From the NCBI GenBank assembly GCA_945862295.1, contig CAMAXT010000040.1, positions 1-23,946 on the forward strand: a stretch of DNA of 23,946 bases. Direction: 5' to 3'. The notes under the pieces were generated by a model. The model searched no databases. It was given only the letters and a program-made list of their open reading frames with translations, and was not told the origin of the DNA. The stretch's first letter is position 1, and every line of letters begins with the position of its first letter. The translations under genes and the position numbers were made by a program. Shown piece by piece: positions 17,546 through 23,946 of this stretch. This stretch comes from Pseudobacteriovorax antillogorgiicola (lineage in GTDB: Bacteria; Bdellovibrionota_B; Oligoflexia; Oligoflexales; CAIYRB01).

Positions 17546-19483
17546 GTGAAGAAGCTTTGGATACATTCTATTACTGTTAAGCTACTGCTTTTTGCCGGAT
17601 TGAGTGTCTTGGTCTCGGTACTCGGGATTTCTGCATTCACTGGTATGAAGTTTTACGCGCATCTACAAACAGAGTTTCGTGCGGAGACGCAACGCGCGGC
17701 TACGGAATCGGCAAACGCCATTCGCAGCACCGTTGAATTTTGGCTCAGCTCAACAAGTATAGCGATGCATAACATCTTTAATTTACCAAGTGAAGATCAA
17801 CTGAAATTTGCAGAATCATTTCTTGGATCAAACACCGAATTTGTGATGTTTCAAGTTGCCAGCTCGAAGGGCCAAAGCAAAACAAAGATCGCTGCGTTTA
17901 CCGACAGCGTCAATGATGTTAGATTTCAGGATAAGATTCCGAACGACCTAAAAAAAGACATCATTACAATAAATGATGGGATCATTGCTACTGCCGAGAA
18001 ACAGAAACAAGAAGTCATTTTCGCACCAATTTCTAAGCAGACGGGTCTGCCTCTGGTCACGATCGGTGTCCGCTTTAAGCAAGCTGACGAAACAACAGCT
18101 ACCTGGGGTATTCTTACAGTATGGCAAACTAGAATTCAAAAATCTCTAGCGCAAAATGAAGACTCTTTCGGAGTCGTTCTCAATAGCAAAAGGGATTTGT
18201 TAATTAGTCCTCGCAAAGGACTTGATTGGGACTACTATCGAAATCTTTTAGAAAACTCTGACCAAGAGTCTGCGACTAAACGTTCAGAAACAACTGATGG
18301 TCAAATCTTTGTGACTGGCCAAGCGACACTTCCTGATCTAAATATGACTGTCGCTGTCGTTAAGAATGCGACAAAATCGGTCGGTCGAATTAATTACATC
18401 ATCGCAAACTCTATTTCATGGACTGGTGTCTACGTTCTCTGCCTACTGTTTGTTTGTTACTTTGCAGCGAATGGTATTACTTCGAGGTTGAAGCGTACAA
18501 TCGAATCAACGGCTGTGATTTCTGGTGGTAACTTCGATGTTCAGATCGATGTGCGCGGTAAAGATGAAGTTTCCGATTTGGGGCGAGCTGTAAACCAGAT
18601 GGCTGTTCAAATCAAAGGTCTCTTAGCTTCAAAGGTTGAAGCTGCTAGACAAGAGAAAGAGTTGGAAACAGCACGGCTTGTGCAGAGTACATTCTTTCCA
18701 AAAGATCAATCAGACTCAAGCATGTTCTCATACCTCGGCCATAACATCCCGGCTTCTGAATGCGGTGGGGACTGGTGGGGTAGATTTAGTTTTGGCCGCT
18801 ATGAGTACATTATTATAGCTGACGCTACTGGCCATGGAGCTGGTGCTGCTCTTGTGACAGCGATGGCGTATTCGGGCTGCATGACTTTGAATGAGTTTCT
18901 AGCTCTTGGTGCCGACAACAAAGCTCTGATGACACCAGCAAATGTTTTGATAACATTAAATAAAGTTCTTTGGACTGCTGGAAAAGGTACTACCTCGATG
19001 ACTTGCTCTGTGGCACTTGTCGATACCGAGTCAGGTCAAATGACCTTTGCGAACGGTGGACACTGTATGCCGGTTATCGTGTCGCCATTTGGTGTCGAAT
19101 CTAGACATTATACCTACGCAGGCAAGGAAAAAGCTGTAAAAAATAGAATGTTCTCGATTGCCTCACGCGGAGACCCCCTTGGATTCTCCGATACAGTTTC
19201 ATACGAAGAATCTGAAATTCAACTGATGGCTGGCGATAAGATCCTCCTTTACACAGATGGATTCTTAGAGAATTTCAATGCAGAGCAGGTACCGCTGGGC
19301 AAAGGCAAGTTTAATAAATTAGTCCTCGGTACCGTAGAACAAAGAGGAACAGCAATGGTCGGCGAACTTGTGCAGTCATATAAAGACTACATTGGTTCTG
19401 CTGCGCCGATCGATGACGTTACGGTTGTAGTTGCAGAAGTTAGAGAAGACTGGAAACAGAAAAGGGATTCCGGGGCGGCATGA
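17546..19483 (+). CDS. Membrane sensor with HAMP domain and PP2C/SpoIIE-family Ser/Thr phosphatase output
   Basis: GTG 17546 with GAGGAGG 5 nt upstream. TM1, a periplasmic sensor domain of about 250 aa, TM2, HAMP (GGNFDVQIDVRGKDEVSDLGRAVNQMAVQI), a coiled coil, then PP2C motifs (GGDWWGRF, IADATGHGAGAALVTAMA, LLYTDGFLE, VTVVVAEV). Confidence 0.8.
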   Translation: MKKLWIHSITVKLLLFAGLSVLVSVLGISAFTGMKFYAHLQTEFRAETQRAATESANAIRSTVEFWLSSTSIAMHNIFNLPSEDQLKFAESFLGSNTEFVMFQVASSKGQSKTKIAAFTDSVNDVRFQDKIPNDLKKDIITINDGIIATAEKQKQEVIFAPISKQTGLPLVTIGVRFKQADETTATWGILTVWQTRIQKSLAQNEDSFGVVLNSKRDLLISPRKGLDWDYYRNLLENSDQESATKRSETTDGQIFVTGQATLPDLNMTVAVVKNATKSVGRINYIIANSISWTGVYVLCLLFVCYFAANGITSRLKRTIESTAVISGGNFDVQIDVRGKDEVSDLGRAVNQMAVQIKGLLASKVEAARQEKELETARLVQSTFFPKDQSDSSMFSYLGHNIPASECGGDWWGRFSFGRYEYIIIADATGHGAGAALVTAMAYSGCMTLNEFLALGADNKALMTPANVLITLNKVLWTAGKGTTSMTCSVALVDTESGQMTFANGGHCMPVIVSPFGVESRHYTYAGKEKAVKNRMFSIASRGDPLGFSDTVSYEESEIQLMAGDKILLYTDGFLENFNAEQVPLGKGKFNKLVLGTVEQRGTAMVGELVQSYKDYIGSAAPIDDVTVVVAEVREDWKQKRDSGAA

Positions 19484-20805
19484 TGGGACGGTTTATATTA
19501 TTCACTAGCTGGGCAAGTCTGTTGGTAGCGGCGCTTTTTTTCGCCGACTATACTAACAGACTCCAGAATATTGACCGCGAATCCGTGGCAACCATGAAAC
19601 TGGTAAGCGGTAAGGTCTTTCAGCGTCCAGAAAATTTCTCCGTCTATGAATTGCTAAAAGTACGTGACAGCGTCTACCATGGCGATTTCATCAGCACCGG
19701 CTCTGATTCTCGTGCGGAAGTTCAACTGCTTAACTCTAAAACGATCATTATCGGAGAGAACTCATTAATACAAATCAGTTTTGGTGTTAATGCACAGGGC
19801 CTTGGTTCAGATATCGTAACGTTGCTTAAAGGAGATGTTTCGGCAAAAGCTGAAGTTGTGAGTGCTTCGAATAAAGGGCAAAAAAAACTTAGTTTTAAAG
19901 TTGGAAAGAGCTTGTTAAATGATATCGAATCAACGGCTGGTATCGAAATTTCAAAAAAATTAGAGCAAGTCGAAGCGTCGATAAAAGTTGTTGCTGGATC
20001 TGCACAGATCGTCGGCGAAGATAATGTCGTCAGAGAAGTTAAAAAAGACCAGGTCGTGGTTGTTGCTGCTACAAAATTACCGTCTCTTCAGGTGATTGCA
20101 AACACAGAAGTCGAGAAAAACCTGCCTGTGTCATTTCCTGTAATTAAAGTGGCACCAGCAAAAATTGCCACAACTGACAGCCGTATTATGACAGCGCCGG
20201 TCAATTTAAACGGTCTGAACTTTGCCTCAAAGGAACTTGTTGAAGACATAGTCGAAGTAAATGAACCACCAAAAAAAGTTTGGCCATCGCTGCCGGAAAG
20301 CAGCCCAGTCGCAGAAACTCAACCGGTCAACTTATCTCCGATTGAGCCTATAGAAAAGGTCCAAGCTACGGAGCAACTTCCTGTGGCAACTCCGCCTGTT
20401 AAGGTGGCGTCTATACCTAAAGTTGTTGTAAAAAAATTACCGAAGTTTAATTTTGTTTTGTATAAATCTAGTCCCCAGGTTTTTGTTGGGACTGGACTCT
20501 ATTTTGTTAAAAATCAAAGTCTGTTTGCAAAAGTTGAAGGCAAGCCGTCTAAAATCGATTTGATAGCCCTTGCAAAGAAATACAATGTTTCCTTTTACTT
20601 CGAAGGCAAAGCCGAGGCTTTTTTGGGTGGATTTAATCAGGAAAACTTGGCAACGAAAGATGTTGTTTATGCGGTTGATAAAAACGGTATTCAAAAAATC
20701 GATGCTGCCCTGCTTCGTACCAGACCGGCTGCAATGCAGTTGTTGCGCAACGGTGGTTACACGATTTTTGATGAAAAAGTAAATGTTCTAAGTATAGGGC
20801 ACTAG
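19480..20805 (+). CDS. FecR-domain membrane protein with Pro-rich linker
   Basis: The start overlaps the upstream stop as ATGA. N-terminal transmembrane segment. A FecR-like segment follows: MKLVSGKVFQRPENFSVYELLKVRDSVYHGDFISTGSDSRAEVQLLNSKTIIIGENSLIQI. Then a P/V/K-rich linker and a C-terminal domain of unknown fold. Confidence 0.6.
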   Translation: MMGRFILFTSWASLLVAALFFADYTNRLQNIDRESVATMKLVSGKVFQRPENFSVYELLKVRDSVYHGDFISTGSDSRAEVQLLNSKTIIIGENSLIQISFGVNAQGLGSDIVTLLKGDVSAKAEVVSASNKGQKKLSFKVGKSLLNDIESTAGIEISKKLEQVEASIKVVAGSAQIVGEDNVVREVKKDQVVVVAATKLPSLQVIANTEVEKNLPVSFPVIKVAPAKIATTDSRIMTAPVNLNGLNFASKELVEDIVEVNEPPKKVWPSLPESSPVAETQPVNLSPIEPIEKVQATEQLPVATPPVKVASIPKVVVKKLPKFNFVLYKSSPQVFVGTGLYFVKNQSLFAKVEGKPSKIDLIALAKKYNVSFYFEGKAEAFLGGFNQENLATKDVVYAVDKNGIQKIDAALLRTRPAAMQLLRNGGYTIFDEKVNVLSIGH

Positions 20806-22347
20806 ATGAAGCATTGTTTTTACATTGCAATACTGCAGATGCTTGCAAGCCTACTTGCATGCAACGCATTTGCTAATGATGAACTAAAACCTCTGATACC
20901 TGGTACGTTGATGGTAGGTTTCTCGGATGGTAACTCAAGTCCTGCGTTCACTGACGAGCTGCTTTCGGTCATTTGTAACGGTGTCGGACAAAAGCTGACG
21001 CAAGGTGCTGGGGTTTTTGACCTCGGTATTTTTACAGATGTGAACTGCTCCTCAGGCGAGAATGCTGGGAAGGGTGACATTTTTTGGTTGAAAATTAGAC
21101 AGGAAGAGCTACGGATCTTTTTTACGATCGGGCTGGTCACGGCGGGTAAGCCTTTTTTAAAGATGGCAGAAGTTTCAGTTGGCAACGACAAGAGCCTTCT
21201 AAAATTGTTAGAATCGAAACCTATCGCTAGCATGATTTCATATGCATTGCTCGATCAGATGCCGTTTCAAGCTGCTTATTCCGGTGATAAAAGAAAATCT
21301 AAAAAACATAAAGTTACCGACGATGAGATTATAGTGCTTAATAAAGGTGTCATGCCACCAGAGTTGTTGGTCGCATTCACTGCTAGCATTAATGAAGAAG
21401 GTGTTATTTATCCCGAGGTCGTTGGTCGAATCAATACAGGCAAGATCAAATCCAGTAGAAATTATTTGCATGAAACTGCCAGATACAATGCCATTCAATG
21501 GCGATTCAAAGGCATAAAAAAGCAAGTGCCAGAAGTCTATTTCGGCCTGCGAAAAGCTGGTCGTTCAGTATCAAAAAAGGCCTTGAGCGAAATTCTTGAG
21601 AATGAAGTCGAGGCGTTTTATGAGGATGCCAACCAAAGTATCGTCGGAAAAAGCGGCAGCGCTGTTTCCGCAGTTGTTCGAAGTCTAGTAGGCTCTGGTT
21701 ACCTGGGTCTTAGATATGGTCCAGCGCTCCTGGAAGGCGATTTGATCGATCAATCGAAATATTTTGGAGCGATTATGGAGTTTCGTAGCGGCATTCTAGG
21801 TGGTTTACGTCTCTACTATGATTTTTTGCCCGAAGTTACTGGTATGATCAATGGTCAAGAAGGAACCTTCGGGGGTGACAGAACCATTGTTGCCTACAGT
21901 TTTTCGATGTCTTTTGATTCGATTATCAGGAAGATCGATTTGACGCCAAAAGCAGGTATCTGGAATTTCCGTTCGAAAACACCGATTGAGATTGAGCCAG
22001 GAGTCTACGTTGCTCCCGAGTTTGAGGTGAAAAGCGCTCCTAGTTTTGATATTGAACTCGGATTGGAGTCCGGATCGTCTTTTCACATCTTGAGAGGTTG
22101 GGCGAGTAATGGCTCAAGCGTTTTAGCGAAGGACGGCGCCGAGATTTCAAGTACTAGAGTAGGGGTAGATCTATTGCTTTCACCTTGGGTTGGTAGTTCC
22201 TCAGTTACCGTTTCACTACTTTCTTTCTTTTTCTATGAAGCGGTTGAACTCAAGAAATCTCAGAAGGTCATTGGCGAAGATGCGGAGCTGGATCAGTTGA
22301 ATTACTCGCAAGGTTATGCTGGTGGAGGTCTGGCGATATCATGGTAA
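20806..22347 (+). CDS. Hypothetical lipoprotein or outer-membrane protein
   Basis: ATG directly abuts the upstream TAG. Signal peptide with a possible lipobox LLAC. The C-terminal half is strand-like and ends ...GGGLAISW. No family recognised. Confidence 0.55.
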   Translation: MKHCFYIAILQMLASLLACNAFANDELKPLIPGTLMVGFSDGNSSPAFTDELLSVICNGVGQKLTQGAGVFDLGIFTDVNCSSGENAGKGDIFWLKIRQEELRIFFTIGLVTAGKPFLKMAEVSVGNDKSLLKLLESKPIASMISYALLDQMPFQAAYSGDKRKSKKHKVTDDEIIVLNKGVMPPELLVAFTASINEEGVIYPEVVGRINTGKIKSSRNYLHETARYNAIQWRFKGIKKQVPEVYFGLRKAGRSVSKKALSEILENEVEAFYEDANQSIVGKSGSAVSAVVRSLVGSGYLGLRYGPALLEGDLIDQSKYFGAIMEFRSGILGGLRLYYDFLPEVTGMINGQEGTFGGDRTIVAYSFSMSFDSIIRKIDLTPKAGIWNFRSKTPIEIEPGVYVAPEFEVKSAPSFDIELGLESGSSFHILRGWASNGSSVLAKDGAEISSTRVGVDLLLSPWVGSSSVTVSLLSFFFYEAVELKKSQKVIGEDAELDQLNYSQGYAGGGLAISW

Positions 22348-23024
22348 GAAATACTTTTTTATTGCTGACAATGTTATTCGCATCATCGCATTTGATTGCT
22401 CAAGATCAGGTCGATATCGAAACGTGGTCGAAGGCTAGCTCTGCGAATCTAATGCGCTCAAAAGTTCTTGTCGTTGGAGCTGCGGCGAATAACGGTTATC
22501 CGAAAATAGAATCACTAGGTAAAAATAATTTTTTTGCCATGATTGGTCTCGTTCAGCCGTCAATCGCGAATACTCATATGTTTTTTCTCGTGAATGAAAT
22601 AAAGCCAGCCTCAACCCTCGACGCAGCAAAAATTTTAAAAGTCGATTATGCCTTTGAATCAAGCGATTCGAATACCAAGATCATTCATGTCCCCTCTGAG
22701 AAGAGTATCGTTGTGCCGGTAGCGAAGGGTGACAAGGATTTCGACGGTCATTTAAGAACATCTTTTGGGTTTGATGGCTACGTCGTAGATTCGAAAGAAG
22801 GCCTGTTGCTGGTAAAGTATGTGAACAAAACCCAAGAAATCGGTAGTCAAGCGATCGTGCTAGATTCTGAAGAACCATTTATCTCGACTCAATCCCAGAT
22901 CCGAGATGTCTATCTAGTTGAGATGATTGAAAAGTCAGGAGACTTCGGCATCTTCAAAGTCGTGATTGGTGATGCAAATAAAAAAATCCCCGCTTTTGCG
23001 AAGATTCAGTTTTCGACCCGTTAA
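22341..23024 (+). CDS. Hypothetical periplasmic protein
   Basis: ATGGTAA overlap with the upstream stop. Signal peptide MVRNTFLLLTMLFASSHLIA-QD. 227 aa. No family recognised. Confidence 0.5.
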   Translation: MVRNTFLLLTMLFASSHLIAQDQVDIETWSKASSANLMRSKVLVVGAAANNGYPKIESLGKNNFFAMIGLVQPSIANTHMFFLVNEIKPASTLDAAKILKVDYAFESSDSNTKIIHVPSEKSIVVPVAKGDKDFDGHLRTSFGFDGYVVDSKEGLLLVKYVNKTQEIGSQAIVLDSEEPFISTQSQIRDVYLVEMIEKSGDFGIFKVVIGDANKKIPAFAKIQFSTR

Positions 23025-23035
23025 TTTTATCCCAA

Positions 23036-23824
23036 TTAAAACACCTGATCGAATTGCAGGTAACTGATGAAGTAATCGCTGACTAGGATAGCTACCAGCG
23101 AAATTACAACTGCCTCCGTAGTTGCTCTGCCTACACCTTTAGCTCCACCGCCAGCGTAAAAACCTTTGTAGCAGCCGATAGCTGCTAAAATAAAGCCAAA
23201 CACTGCGCCCTTAGTCATGCCTTGGAAGATGTATTTGGTTTTGACCATCCAACGCATTTTCTCAAAGAATGTCCCGACATCGATGTCGAAAAACGATATG
23301 CCAATAAGGAAGGCAGTAAAAACTCCGGTCAAAATAAAGATGCACGTTAATAAGGGTAGCATGATGACTGAAGCCAGGATTCTAGGTGCAACAAGGTAGC
23401 CATGCGGATTAACCGCCATGACACGCATAGCATCGATCTGTTCATTGACGCGCATGGTCGCAATTTCGGCTGCCATCGCGCTTCCTGCTCGCGCGGTCAC
23501 GAGAAACCCAGCAAACACCGGTGCAAGTTCTTTGGATAACGAGATGCCAGCTGCCGCACCTAGCATAGACTCAGCGCCAAAGGTCCGAAAGATGTCACCT
23601 AAGATCAAGCCGAAGACTGCACCGATCATGACCGCCGAAATGACAATAATGCCGAAGCTCTTATTTCCCACGAATTCCATTTGGCGAAATAGGAGAAACC
23701 CTTTCACGGGGGGGAAGAAGCAATTCTTTATTGCAGTACTGATAAACAGCGCATAGCTACCAACTGATTTGATTGGCTTGATGACAAGTTCACCAATGGC
23801 TGAAACGGCCTTAACAAATGGCAC
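23036..23824 (-). CDS. mlaE: MlaE-family ABC transporter permease (lipid-trafficking type)
   Basis: Full-length polytopic permease with MlaE-like conserved regions (LFRQMEFVGNKSFGIIVISAVMIGAVFGL..., ATMRVNEQIDAMRVMAVNP). GTG start at 23824 with GGAG 5 nt upstream. An in-frame stop sits 18 nt further upstream. Confidence 0.8.
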   Translation of the reverse strand: MPFVKAVSAIGELVIKPIKSVGSYALFISTAIKNCFFPPVKGFLLFRQMEFVGNKSFGIIVISAVMIGAVFGLILGDIFRTFGAESMLGAAAGISLSKELAPVFAGFLVTARAGSAMAAEIATMRVNEQIDAMRVMAVNPHGYLVAPRILASVIMLPLLTCIFILTGVFTAFLIGISFFDIDVGTFFEKMRWMVKTKYIFQGMTKGAVFGFILAAIGCYKGFYAGGGAKGVGRATTEAVVISLVAILVSDYFISYLQFDQVF

Positions 23825-23913
23825 GGTGGCTCCGCATGTCTAAAATGGGCTGGCTTGAGGCTCTTTTATTTTACCACGTTAGATTCTAGCAGAGCAGTGT
23901 TGCAAAAAAAAAT

Positions 23914-23938
23914 AAAACGAACGAGATTCGTCCGTTTT
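23914..23938 (-). terminator. Putative rho-independent terminator for a minus-strand gene beyond the window end
   Basis: A 10-bp stem with one mismatch (aaaacgaacg / cgtccgtttt) and a 5-nt loop. On the minus strand it is followed by a run of 11 A/T (plus strand caaaaaaaaat at 23903-23913). Confidence 0.35.
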
Positions 23939-23946
23939 GTTCGGTA

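Noticed and set aside
1-23946. Mobile elements, CRISPR arrays, tRNA/rRNA genes
   Set aside because: No integrase, transposase or recombinase-like ORFs, no regularly spaced direct repeats with spacers, no cloverleaf-compatible segments noticed in intergenic regions, and no large-scale inverted terminal repeats were seen.

Overview
The window holds about 18 protein-coding genes with a compact, low-to-mid-GC, A/T-homopolymer-rich architecture. Many products have signal peptides or membrane anchors, and several genes are translationally coupled; I noted the style as reminiscent of Bdellovibrio-like predatory bacteria, but that is an impression and not evidence. I found no tRNA, rRNA, CRISPR array, integrase or transposase. 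Genes I am fairly sure of are pepQ (Xaa-Pro dipeptidase), an SPFH-domain protein with a C-terminal SHOCT tail, prmA, a secreted S1/P1 nuclease, an MBL-fold hydrolase, a CHASE2 class III nucleotide cyclase, hemJ, leuS, a HAMP/PP2C membrane phosphatase and an MlaE-type ABC permease. Three loci deserve a second look. (a) 15846-17390 encodes an outer-membrane beta-barrel with two CXXCH heme motifs at its N-terminus, an architecture like the Cyc2 fused cytochrome-porin. (b) 10413-12497 fuses a long membrane-anchored AsmA/TamB-like region to a C-terminal GT51 peptidoglycan glycosyltransferase and sits 36 bp upstream of the CHASE2 cyclase on the same strand. (c) 17546-23024 is a run of four genes that overlap or abut start to stop: HAMP/PP2C sensor phosphatase, a FecR-domain protein, a 513-aa lipoprotein or outer-membrane protein and a 227-aa periplasmic protein, with no sigma factor, kinase or STAS partner nearby. 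A 420-bp divergent AT-rich intergenic region (6046-6465) carries a perfect DnaA-box consensus in an inverted pair plus three AT-rich direct repeats. All functional calls rest on motif recognition by eye, and no database search was possible.
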